Source: Myxococcota bacterium
Lineage (GTDB): Bacteria; Myxococcota; JACRCW01
Direction of reading: 5' to 3'
DNA length: 37,668 bases
Assembly (NCBI GenBank): GCA_040752415.1
Contig: JBFMGU010000089.1
Span: 1-37,668 of the forward strand
In this document: positions 18,098 to 27,187 of the stretch, one piece after another
Position numbering within the stretch: position 1 is the first letter of the stretch
How the letters are laid out: each line of letters starts with the position of its first letter
Notes under the pieces: model-generated
The model's input: the letters and a program-made list of their open reading frames with translations, nothing else
Databases searched by the model: none
Told to the model about the DNA's origin: nothing
Made by a program: the position numbers and the translations under genes

Positions 18098-18484
18098 TCA
18101 CCCGCGGATGCGCTCCCGGCACCACGCCAACGCCTCTTCACGCGTGGACACCACGGTATGCGCGGTGGGGAATCCCCCGACGAGGAAGATCGACGACAAC
18201 ACGAACCGCTGCAGCGCCGACGAGAACACGTAGGCCACGCCGCGCACGTTGAGCTGCAGGTCCTCCGCGTGGTCCTTGATGGCCTTGCCCATGCTCTCGC
18301 GCTGGCCCGGGCTGAGCTGCGGCGCCTGCGTGGCGTCCACGACGATGGCCGACGGTCCAGGCCGCTTCACCAGCGCCGACAAGTCACGGACGTACGCCGC
18401 GAACTGCTCGTCGGTGGGCTTGCCGGTGAGGGTGACAATCGCCAGCGGCCACTGCGCGGTGTCGAAGTGGTGATATCCCCCCAC
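18098..18484 (-). CDS. Small hypothetical protein, possibly STAS/SEC14 (SpoIIAA-like) fold
   Basis: The C-terminal 128 aa of ORF 18098..19273 look like a real protein (WPLAIVTLTG, AIVVDAT, GVAYVFSS, TREEALAW); GTG 18484 lies 10 nt after the fabF stop. Confidence 0.65.
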   Translation of the reverse strand: MGGYHHFDTAQWPLAIVTLTGKPTDEQFAAYVRDLSALVKRPGPSAIVVDATQAPQLSPGQRESMGKAIKDHAEDLQLNVRGVAYVFSSALQRFVLSSIFLVGGFPTAHTVVSTREEALAWCRERIRG

Positions 18485-18494
18485 GACGTGCTCT

Positions 18495-19733
18495 TCAGGG
18501 CGCGCCAAACACCAGGCAGCTGTTGTGCCCGCCAAAGCCGGCCGCATTGCTGATGGCGTAGTCGACCTTCTGCCGCAACGCCTCGCCCGCCACCACGTTG
18601 AGTCGACAATCCGGGTCGGGGTTCTTGTAGGTGGCGCACGGAGAGAGCAGCCCGTCATTGACGGCGAGCACCGCGGCCATCGCATTGAGACCACCGGCTG
18701 CGCCCAGCGTGTAGCCCACCATGCTCTTGGTGGCACCCACGCGCACGTTGTCGATGTGGGAGCCGAGCGCCTTGTGCAGCGCGTTGCTCTCCGCGGGATC
18801 CGCCCACGAGGTCCCGAGCCCGTGCGCGCTGACGTAGCCCACATCCTTCGGCGCCACCTTGGCCTGGCCCAGCGCCATGGTGATGGCCTCCGCCATCTGC
18901 GTGCCATCCTTGAGCGGCGTGACGACGTGATGCGCATCCTGCGTGGCGCCGTAGCCCAGCAGTCGCGCCAGCACCTTGGCCCCGCGCTGCTGCGCCCGGT
19001 CCCGACGCTCCAGCAGGAACATGCACGCGCCCTCGGCAAGCACGAAGCCGTCGCGCTCCTTGTCGAAGGGGCGGCTCGCGGTCTCCGGCGTGTCATTCTT
19101 GCGGCTGAGCAGTCCGGCCGCGGCGAAGGAGCCCAGCGTGAACGGGATGACCGCGCCCTCCGCGCCACCGACGAGCGCCGCGTCGATGCGCCCGCTGGTG
19201 ATGAGGTCATAAGCCAGGCCCATGGCATCCATCGACGTCGAGCACGCGGTGGCAATGCTGTAGGCGGGACCACGCAGGCCCCACTTGAGCGCCATCCACG
19301 CCGCGGCGGCGTTGTCCATGAGCTGCGGCACGGCGAACGGGCTCACGCGTCGCGGACCCTTCACCGCGCAGACCTCCATCTGCTCGGCCAACACCTCCAT
19401 GCCGCCGGTGCTGGTTCCCACGATGGTGCCGATGCGCGAGACATCACCCAGCGCGCCCTCGACGACACCGCCGGTGGCCTCATGCGCGGCGCCCATGGCC
19501 AGCTGCACCACGCGCGCGGCCAGGCGGACCTGCTTGGCGTCGAGCACGGTGCCGGGGTCAAAGTCCCGGACCATGCCGGCAATGCGGACGGGCAGCTTGT
19601 CGGTGGGGAACTCGGTGATGGTGCTGATCCCGGTCCTGCCGGCAAGGGCGGCCTTCTTGAATGCCTCCACCCCCACGCCCACGCAGGTGATGGCGCCCAT
19701 CCCGGTGACAACGACTTCAGCGGCGTTAGACAT
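18495..19733 (-). CDS. fabF: FabF-like beta-ketoacyl-ACP synthase with divergent active site (Cys-His-Tyr)
   Basis: VVVTGMG, TACSTS, SRPFDKERDGFVLAEG, SAHGLGT, KSMVGYTLGAAG, GFGGHN. Confidence 0.85.
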   Translation of the reverse strand: MSNAAEVVVTGMGAITCVGVGVEAFKKAALAGRTGISTITEFPTDKLPVRIAGMVRDFDPGTVLDAKQVRLAARVVQLAMGAAHEATGGVVEGALGDVSRIGTIVGTSTGGMEVLAEQMEVCAVKGPRRVSPFAVPQLMDNAAAAWMALKWGLRGPAYSIATACSTSMDAMGLAYDLITSGRIDAALVGGAEGAVIPFTLGSFAAAGLLSRKNDTPETASRPFDKERDGFVLAEGACMFLLERRDRAQQRGAKVLARLLGYGATQDAHHVVTPLKDGTQMAEAITMALGQAKVAPKDVGYVSAHGLGTSWADPAESNALHKALGSHIDNVRVGATKSMVGYTLGAAGGLNAMAAVLAVNDGLLSPCATYKNPDPDCRLNVVAGEALRQKVDYAISNAAGFGGHNSCLVFGAP

Positions 19734-19754
19734 GGCTTCGTCTTCCTTTCGACA

Positions 19755-22700
19755 TCAATTCCGCGGGACCATCCGCATGCCCACGCCGTCCAGGCGGTAG
19801 ATGGACAGGCCATCCACGCTGAGGAACGCGTCGGCGACGATGCTGGGCGTGGGCCCGTCCTTCCGTTCCAGGATTTCCACTTCCATGGTGATGAGCTTGT
19901 TGGGCTGGATGACCTGGCCACGGTAGGTCCATTCCCAGCGCTGTCCCGTCGTCACGGGCTCGAACCGCATGCCCTGAACGTCGGGGTACATCTCCATCAT
20001 GGCCAGCTGCATGAGCTGCAGGAGGCCCTCCACGCCCAGGCTTCCCGGCATCACCGGGTCCTGGAAGAAGTGCGCGGCAAAGAACCACTCACTGGGGTCC
20101 ACGGTCTTCTCGGCACGCATGTAGCCCTGGCCGTGACGACCACCCTTCTCGTCCCACGCGGTGAGCCGGTCGAACATCTGGAGCGGCGGACGCGCCAGCG
20201 TCATGTGCCGATGCACCTGGTTGGAGACGATGGGGATGGCACCTTCCAGGCCGGGAATCCCCTTGGGCGGCATCTTCCCGTTGAGCCCCTTCTGCGCGGC
20301 GAGCGCCTGGTCGGTGAAGAAGCCGAAGTAGCTGTCACCGTCCATCACCACCTGGCCGTTCTGCTTCATGACGACGTCATAGTTGACGACGAGCATGTCC
20401 GAGTACTCACTGAACTTCGTGAGCTTCGCCTCGGTGACCAGCGTGCCGCTGCCGGGGAGGATCTCCTTGTGCAGCGTGGCGTGCCCACCCAGGTTGCGGA
20501 AGCGACGGTCGAGCGCGCAGCGCAGGTCCGAGCCCATGTAGGAAGCCAGGAAGCCGCACGGCTGCAGGAACGCTTCCAGCAGGATGGAGAACGGCATCGT
20601 CGGGTAGTCACCGACGTCGAAGTACCAGGCCTGCTGCGGCACGTCGTACTCACCGACGATCCACGCACCGTTCTTCAGCGTCTTCGGCGGCTGCCCGACC
20701 TTGGTGATGCGGTCCAGCAGCAGGTACGGCCCGTTGGGCAGACGCGCCATCCGACGATCCTTGTCGAACACCGCGTACTCCGGACCCCACAACTTGCTCG
20801 GCGTCCCAATGCCGTGCGCCACGATGTCCTCGCGCGAGAACACCGGCTTCTCCGTCGGAGCCGCAACCACCGGCGTTGTCACCGGCGCGGGCGGGGGCGG
20901 AGGCGGAGCGCTGACCGGAGCTGCCGTCGGCGTGGACACCCCGAGCGCGGCCAGCTGGTCCACCAGCGGAATCTTGTTCCCGACGATGCGCAGGCTCAGG
21001 TTCTCCGCCCGCACCTGGTGCAGCCCGTCGGCAAAGCAGTTCGCCTCGGCGATGGCGTACGGATACGGCTCCGTCCCGCGCTCCATGATGTCGAGCCGAT
21101 AGACGACCTTCTTCGTGCTCGTGACCACCTGCCCGCGGCACTTCACCTTCGCGGTGACGCCGGTGACGGGATGGAACGCGCCGTCGGGATACTCGAGTCC
21201 GTGGCCCAGGTGCATCATGAAGATCTGCAGCGTCTGCACGCAGGTCTCGTACATGAGGCTGCCGGCCATCACCTCGTCGTCCTTGAAGTGACAGGGGAAG
21301 AACCAGTCATCGGGGTGGATGTCCGTCTCCGCCTCGATGAACCCGAGCCCCGCCGCGCCGCCAAACGGCTCCACCCGCGTGACCCGGTGCAGGAGCTTCA
21401 TCTTCCCGTCGGCAATGGTGAGCGGCGTGGGATGGGTCCGCGCCACGGCGAACTCCTCACCAAAACACCCGGCCACGTCACCCTGGGACAGGGCGTTGAG
21501 CTCCGCGTCATTGAGCGAGGTCTTCTTGCTGAGCCCCGGCACCACCAGGCCCTTCTGCGTGCCACGCGCCTTGGGCTTGTACCCCGGCGGCAGCACGATT
21601 CCGCCCGACGACGCCAGCGACTCCTGGCTGAAGAACCCAGCACAGCCATTGCGCATGCGCAGGATGCTGCGTCCGTCGACGGTGAGGTCGTAGCGGAAGA
21701 AGAACAGGTGCGTTCCCGACTGCTCCACGAAGCGGTCGATGGTGATGTGGTAGTGCAGCACGTCGCCGGGCTTGGGGAGGAAGTCGTCGAAGGTGAGGTC
21801 GCAGTCCAGGAGGCGGTAGCGCTTCTGGCCCTTCACGATCTTGTCGATGCCCAAGTAGCTGACGAGCATCAGGTCGGCCTGGCCGGACTCCACGGTGATA
21901 CCGCACGGCACCGTGTTGCGGTGCATGAAGTACTCATCACCGACGATGTCGCTCTCGGTATCCATGGTGCCCGGCTGCATGCTGTTCTTCTGCGCTTCCA
22001 GCGCGGTCACGCGGTGGCACAGGAGCAGCGGCGGCATGGGCAGGCGCGTGCACACGCCGTAGGTGTCGACGTCGGCGAAGTCCGGCCCGAACACGTTGGC
22101 GATCTTCCCACCCGCGAACTCGAGGCAGGCGTTGTAGTCGAACACCGACGGGGGCGGCGGCTTGGGCGCCACCACGTCCCGACGCACGGCCGGAATGTTC
22201 ATCCCCCGCGGCGCCTCCGCCACAACGGGAGCGGGCGCAGCCGGCGGCGGAACCACGCGCGCCTGCTGGACGGGAGGAAGCTGCGGCACCGGCACGCTGT
22301 GCGTGATTTGCATCGGGAACATCGACGGGGCGGCGGACGGCTGGCTCTGCACCACGCCCGCCATGCGCATGACCGCTTCATTCGCGAGGCGCATTCCCTC
22401 GAGGAACATCTGGTGGCTGCGCGCCACCTCGGCCCAGGTGGTCCCAAGGCCTTCCGCGAGCGTGCGCACCGGGTCGGGCGCCTGGTTGTTGCCGTTGCTG
22501 GCGACGAGAACGTGAGTGGGAGTTTCCACGTTGATGCCTGTCATCGAAGGGGTTGGAGCAGGAAGAGGAGCCATGACCGGCGCGGCCATCACCGGCGGAG
22601 GCGGCGGTGGCGGCGGAGGCGGCGGAGGCGACGCAAACGCGGGCGTCGCGCTGTGACCATTCGTCGGCACGCTGACCGTCGGAGGCGGAGGAGGTGGTGG

Positions 22701-25700
22701 TGCCACGATCTTCGGCGCGGGAGGAGGAGGCGGTGGCGGCGGTGGGGCAGCCATCACCGGCTTCTCGACGGGCTTCGTCGTCACCGGCGCGCTCGCGGGC
22801 GGCGGCGCGGAGAGCTGCAGCGTCTTCCCCAGCGCCAACGTGCGATGACCCGTCTTCAGCTCCTTCACCGGCGGCGGCACCTGCGCGTGATACAGCCCCG
22901 CGAGATTCACCGGCGCACCATGCGCGGCCAACGCACCACCGAGGTGCAGCAGGTTCACCAGCTCACTGCGACCCTTCCGGTCGCTGGCGATGGCGAAGTA
23001 CTCCTTCCCGTCGAGGATCTTGTCGATCCAGCGGGTGCAGCTGCCGCGCGGCCCCACTTCCACGTAGATGCGGATGCCGTCGTTGTAGCTGTTGTTGACC
23101 AGCGCCGGGAAATCCACGCAGCGGATGGCCTGCGCGACGATGGACTCCGCGACATTCGCCGCGTTGACCTCGTACGGCCGGCCCGTTCCCGACGAGTAGT
23201 AGGTCACACCCGCGGGCGCCACGGTGGGGAGCGTGTGCAGCGTGCGGTACTCGTCGACGACAATCTCGACCTCCGGCACATGCACCGCCGCGGCGAACGG
23301 CGTGTAGTGCGCGGAGCACTTGAGCTTCTCGATGACGCGCTTGCAGCCCGGCGTATCACCGGCAATCACGCACTCGTCGGGCGCGTTGATGATGGCCATG
23401 TGCACGCGGGTCTCGCCCTTGAGGGCTTCGCGCACGTTGTCGGGGGAGGTGACGAGCAGGTAGGTGCTCCAGAAGTCCGTCCCGCGCATGCCGCTGACGT
23501 CGACACCCTGCTTCTGCCACGCGCGCAGCACGGCCTCCATGGGGCCGGCCAGCTCCTTGGTGAACAGCGGCCAGGTGGCCAGACGCGTGTGCAGCTCGTC
23601 GATGGAGCTCCACGCGCCCAGCGCGAACAGTCCGGAGGATTCACCGAGGCTGTACCCCAGCGCCGCTCCCGGCTGCACACCCATGTGACGACGGATCGCG
23701 TCGCACAGCATCTGCGTGTAGTAGCCGGCACCCCAGATCATCTCCTGGGGCGTGCGGATCTCGTCGCGGCTGGAGCGCTTCTGCACAATGGCGCGCGGAT
23801 GCGTCCAGTACTCCATGGACCGACTGCGCGGCGCCACCGTCTTGCGCGCGAAGTCGTCGATCATGTCCGGGTAGCGCAGCACCAGCTCACGCGCCATGCC
23901 CGCGTACGCGTTGCCCGCACCAGGGAACACGAAGGCAATGCGGCCCTTCTTCGCCAGCGGCTCCTGCGCGAAGTAGATGCCGTGCACGTCCTCGATGCGC
24001 GCCACGTTGTTGCGCAGCTGCGTGATGGCCTTGTCGGCCTTGGCCAGCAGGTCATTCCCGTCGGTGACGACGAGGGACACCGTGAGCGGCGACACCTCCA
24101 CCGGCGTGCTGAGCGCGCGCTTCTTGGCCAGCCGCTCCAGGTCGGCGCCACGCGCCTCATTCTTCAGCGCCTCCAGCCCGGCAACCAGCTCATCCCGCGT
24201 GCGCCCCTTGACGATGAAGAGCTGCTCCACCGCCGCACCCAGCGCGGTGTGCACCGCGGGTGCGGTCCCTTCCTCGAGGAGCACGTGGACATGGTTCCCA
24301 TCCACACTCATCGCGGACACGCCCACCCGACGAGGACGCTCGGTGTCGTCGGCGAGCCAGGGCCGCGCCTTCTTCGGCGCGTAGAACGGTGAGCCCTTCC
24401 ACTTCTCGGGCAGCGCCGGGTCCTCCACGCCCTTGATGGGCGGGAGCGCGCGGTGATGCACGGACAGCACACCCGCAATCAACGACGCCATGCCGCTGGC
24501 CGCACCGGTGTGACCCACCACGGGCTTCGTGGCCGCGAGCGCGCACGTAGGCTGCGCGGCGCTACCAAAGACGTCGTGGAGCGCGGTGATTTCCGCGGCA
24601 TCCTCCTTGGGCCGGCCACTGCCGTGCGTCTGCACCAGACCCACACTGCTCGCCGCCACGCCCGCGTCCTCGTACGCGCGACGCATCGCCGTGGCATGCG
24701 CCTTGGCGCTCGGCTCACCCACCGCACCTTCCGCACCGTCGGAGGCGGAGCCGATGCCGCGGAGGACGGCGAGGACCTGGTCTCCGTCGCGCTGCGCGTC
24801 GGCCAGGCGCTTCACCAGCACCATGCCCGCCCCTTCACCGGGGAGCGTCCCGTCGGCGCGCTTGTCGAACACGCGCATCTCGCTGCGGGAGTAGCCCTGC
24901 ACCGCGTCGACGGCGAGGAGCGTGCGGATGTCCCCGGGCAGGTCCACCGCACCTATCACCATGGCGTCCACTTCCTTGCGACGCAGCAGCAGCGACGCCA
25001 CCTCCAGCGACTTGAGCGCGGAAGCATCCTCGGCGGCGAGCGCCAGGCTCGGCCCACCGAAGTCAAAGCGCGAGGAGATGCGGTTGCCAATGAGGTTCGC
25101 CAGGAACCCGAGCACGGGCTCGGCGGTGATGGGCTGCGTGACGGCGTTGAGCACGGTGTTGAGCCACTCACCGCGCGCGCCGGGGGTGTGCTTGGCGTCG
25201 CGCTGGGTGGACCAGCGGTACGCGTAATCACCCGCGTCCGACTCCATGGCCATGCCCACGACGACACCGACGCGGCTCTTGTCCTTCACGCGCTCCAGCA
25301 GCCCCGGCTCCTGCAGCATCTCGTCGGCGACGAGCAGCGCGAGGAGCTGCTGGCTCAGCATGCGGTCGATTTCCTTGGGGGGAATGCGCAGCCCGATGGG
25401 ATCGTCGACGGCGAGCCCGCTGAGGTAGCTGCCCGGCAACGCGCGCATCACGTCCGAGCCACCCTCCAGCCCGAACCAGCGACCCGCCGGCGCCTTCCCG
25501 ATGCCGGTCTTCCCCTCGAAGAGCAGCTCCCGGTACGCCTGCACGTTCGCCGCCACCCCAAACCGCGCGGCCATGGCCACGACGGCGAGTGGCTCCGCCG
25601 GCTTCTTCACCGACCCAGCGGCCTTGGGCGCCGCCTTCTTCTCCGGTGCCGCCTCGAGGATGACGTGCGCGTTGCACCCACCGAAACCAAACGCGGAGCA

Positions 25701-26981
25701 CGCGGCCCGCCGCGGGTGGTCCTTCGGCTCGGCCCAGGGACGCGTACGCGTGTTGACGACGAGCGGGCTGCTCTCGAACACCACACCCGGCGCCGGCTTC
25801 TCAAAGTTCAGCGTGGGAGGAAGCGTGGCGTTGCGGATGGCGTGGATGGTCTTGATCATGCCCGCCATGCCCGCGGCGGCCAGCAGGTGGCCCACCATGG
25901 ACTTGGCCGAGCCAATCGCGGTTCCGCCCGTCGGCGCGCGGTCGCCCCACACAGTCTTGAGGCTCTGCACCTCGGCGGCGTCGCCCACTGGCGTGCCCGT
26001 GGCGTGACACTCGACGAGCTGCACCGTGGTGGGCTCCACCCCCGCTTCCGCGTACGCGGCGCGCATGGCGCGAACCTGCCCCTCGCTCATCGGCATCAAC
26101 ACGCCACGACCCTTGCCGTCGTTGGACAGGCCGATGCCGCGGATCACCGCGAGCACGTCGTCACCGTCGCGCTGCGCGTCGGAGAGACGCTTGAGCAGCA
26201 CGAGACCACAGCCCTCACCGGGGATGAGCCCGTCGGCGGCAGCGTCGAAGGGGCGCGCGTTCCCGCTCTTGCTGATGGCGCGCAGCTGGCTGAAGCCCAC
26301 GGCGAGACACAGGTGGTCCGTGCGCGCCACGCCACCGGCGATCATCGCGTCGACGTCGCCGTTGCGCAGGCGGTCACACGCCAGCTTCACCGCGTACAAC
26401 GAGGAGGCACACGCCGCGTCGAGCGCGAAGCTGCCGCCGCCGAGGTCCAGGCTCTTGGCCAGCAGTCCCGCCGGCAATGCGGCCTGGTAGTGGTTCAGGT
26501 AGCTGGGCTTCCCCTCGCGCATGGGGATGACGTCGGCGTCCTTGCCCAGCGCCGCGCGCACCACCTCACGCGTGCCCACGCGACCCAACCGCGCGAACGC
26601 GTCCGACGGCAGAATCAGGTTCGCCAGCGAGACACCGGTGCGCTCCCGCGGCAGGTTGAGCCCGCTGGTGACCTCGCGCCCGACGGAGAGCACCCACTGG
26701 AAGAGCGGGTCCAGGTCACCGAGCAGCGCGGGAGAGAGCCCCAGCCCCGTCGGGTCGAACCGGAAGCCTTCCACGAAGCCACCACGACGCGCGTAGGCCT
26801 TGTCCGGGGTGAAGCTGCCCGGCTCGTAGATGTCCTCGGGAAGCACCTCCCAGCGACCCGCGGGGACGTCCTTGATGGCGCTCCGTCCATCCTGGACGTT
26901 CTTCCAATACGTGGTGCTGTCGAGGGCGCCGGGGAAGACGCAGGCCATACGGACAACAGCAATGGGCTCGTGATTCGACAT
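19755..26981 (-). CDS. pfaC: PUFA synthase PfaB/C fusion (Pfa3-type): KS-CLF-AT-pseudoDH-DH-pseudoDH-DH
   Basis: KS DAACASS / ECHATGT / GHLL; CLF lacking Cys (AAEDAS); AT GYSLGE; FabA-like DH WFFPCHFKDDEVMAGSL and WFFAAHFFQDPVMPGSLG. Confidence 0.92.
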   Translation of the reverse strand: MSNHEPIAVVRMACVFPGALDSTTYWKNVQDGRSAIKDVPAGRWEVLPEDIYEPGSFTPDKAYARRGGFVEGFRFDPTGLGLSPALLGDLDPLFQWVLSVGREVTSGLNLPRERTGVSLANLILPSDAFARLGRVGTREVVRAALGKDADVIPMREGKPSYLNHYQAALPAGLLAKSLDLGGGSFALDAACASSLYAVKLACDRLRNGDVDAMIAGGVARTDHLCLAVGFSQLRAISKSGNARPFDAAADGLIPGEGCGLVLLKRLSDAQRDGDDVLAVIRGIGLSNDGKGRGVLMPMSEGQVRAMRAAYAEAGVEPTTVQLVECHATGTPVGDAAEVQSLKTVWGDRAPTGGTAIGSAKSMVGHLLAAAGMAGMIKTIHAIRNATLPPTLNFEKPAPGVVFESSPLVVNTRTRPWAEPKDHPRRAACSAFGFGGCNAHVILEAAPEKKAAPKAAGSVKKPAEPLAVVAMAARFGVAANVQAYRELLFEGKTGIGKAPAGRWFGLEGGSDVMRALPGSYLSGLAVDDPIGLRIPPKEIDRMLSQQLLALLVADEMLQEPGLLERVKDKSRVGVVVGMAMESDAGDYAYRWSTQRDAKHTPGARGEWLNTVLNAVTQPITAEPVLGFLANLIGNRISSRFDFGGPSLALAAEDASALKSLEVASLLLRRKEVDAMVIGAVDLPGDIRTLLAVDAVQGYSRSEMRVFDKRADGTLPGEGAGMVLVKRLADAQRDGDQVLAVLRGIGSASDGAEGAVGEPSAKAHATAMRRAYEDAGVAASSVGLVQTHGSGRPKEDAAEITALHDVFGSAAQPTCALAATKPVVGHTGAASGMASLIAGVLSVHHRALPPIKGVEDPALPEKWKGSPFYAPKKARPWLADDTERPRRVGVSAMSVDGNHVHVLLEEGTAPAVHTALGAAVEQLFIVKGRTRDELVAGLEALKNEARGADLERLAKKRALSTPVEVSPLTVSLVVTDGNDLLAKADKAITQLRNNVARIEDVHGIYFAQEPLAKKGRIAFVFPGAGNAYAGMARELVLRYPDMIDDFARKTVAPRSRSMEYWTHPRAIVQKRSSRDEIRTPQEMIWGAGYYTQMLCDAIRRHMGVQPGAALGYSLGESSGLFALGAWSSIDELHTRLATWPLFTKELAGPMEAVLRAWQKQGVDVSGMRGTDFWSTYLLVTSPDNVREALKGETRVHMAIINAPDECVIAGDTPGCKRVIEKLKCSAHYTPFAAAVHVPEVEIVVDEYRTLHTLPTVAPAGVTYYSSGTGRPYEVNAANVAESIVAQAIRCVDFPALVNNSYNDGIRIYVEVGPRGSCTRWIDKILDGKEYFAIASDRKGRSELVNLLHLGGALAAHGAPVNLAGLYHAQVPPPVKELKTGHRTLALGKTLQLSAPPPASAPVTTKPVEKPVMAAPPPPPPPPPAPKIVAPPPPPPPTVSVPTNGHSATPAFASPPPPPPPPPPPPVMAAPVMAPLPAPTPSMTGINVETPTHVLVASNGNNQAPDPVRTLAEGLGTTWAEVARSHQMFLEGMRLANEAVMRMAGVVQSQPSAAPSMFPMQITHSVPVPQLPPVQQARVVPPPAAPAPVVAEAPRGMNIPAVRRDVVAPKPPPPSVFDYNACLEFAGGKIANVFGPDFADVDTYGVCTRLPMPPLLLCHRVTALEAQKNSMQPGTMDTESDIVGDEYFMHRNTVPCGITVESGQADLMLVSYLGIDKIVKGQKRYRLLDCDLTFDDFLPKPGDVLHYHITIDRFVEQSGTHLFFFRYDLTVDGRSILRMRNGCAGFFSQESLASSGGIVLPPGYKPKARGTQKGLVVPGLSKKTSLNDAELNALSQGDVAGCFGEEFAVARTHPTPLTIADGKMKLLHRVTRVEPFGGAAGLGFIEAETDIHPDDWFFPCHFKDDEVMAGSLMYETCVQTLQIFMMHLGHGLEYPDGAFHPVTGVTAKVKCRGQVVTSTKKVVYRLDIMERGTEPYPYAIAEANCFADGLHQVRAENLSLRIVGNKIPLVDQLAALGVSTPTAAPVSAPPPPPPAPVTTPVVAAPTEKPVFSREDIVAHGIGTPSKLWGPEYAVFDKDRRMARLPNGPYLLLDRITKVGQPPKTLKNGAWIVGEYDVPQQAWYFDVGDYPTMPFSILLEAFLQPCGFLASYMGSDLRCALDRRFRNLGGHATLHKEILPGSGTLVTEAKLTKFSEYSDMLVVNYDVVMKQNGQVVMDGDSYFGFFTDQALAAQKGLNGKMPPKGIPGLEGAIPIVSNQVHRHMTLARPPLQMFDRLTAWDEKGGRHGQGYMRAEKTVDPSEWFFAAHFFQDPVMPGSLGVEGLLQLMQLAMMEMYPDVQGMRFEPVTTGQRWEWTYRGQVIQPNKLITMEVEILERKDGPTPSIVADAFLSVDGLSIYRLDGVGMRMVPRN

Positions 26982-27043
26982 TGTGACTCACAAACAGGAA
27001 GAAGCGTTGGGTATCCAGGGGCCAGGCGGGCACCGCGTCGTAG

Positions 27044-27134
27044 GGGCTAGGCATCCGCGGGGCGGATGGGCACAGCGGTGCGGATGCCTAGCCCGGGGTC
27101 CTTCCGACGCCAACCTCGAGTTCCACCGTCGGAA
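27044..27134. other. Two intergenic stem-loops between pfaA and pfaBC
   Basis: GGGCTAGGCATCCGC (27044-27058) pairs with GCGGATGCCTAGCCC (27080-27094); TTCCGACG (27102-27109) pairs with CGTCGGAA (27127-27134). Confidence 0.8.
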
Positions 27135-27187
27135 ACGTCAGCGAAAGCGCCGCGCCGACGACGGGTCTTGCGTGGACAACACCTCCA

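Noticed and set aside
18525..24392. 1955-aa plus-strand ORF
   Set aside because: Antisense shadow of fabF/pfaBC caused by GC-rich codon bias; Arg/His/Gly-rich with no motifs.
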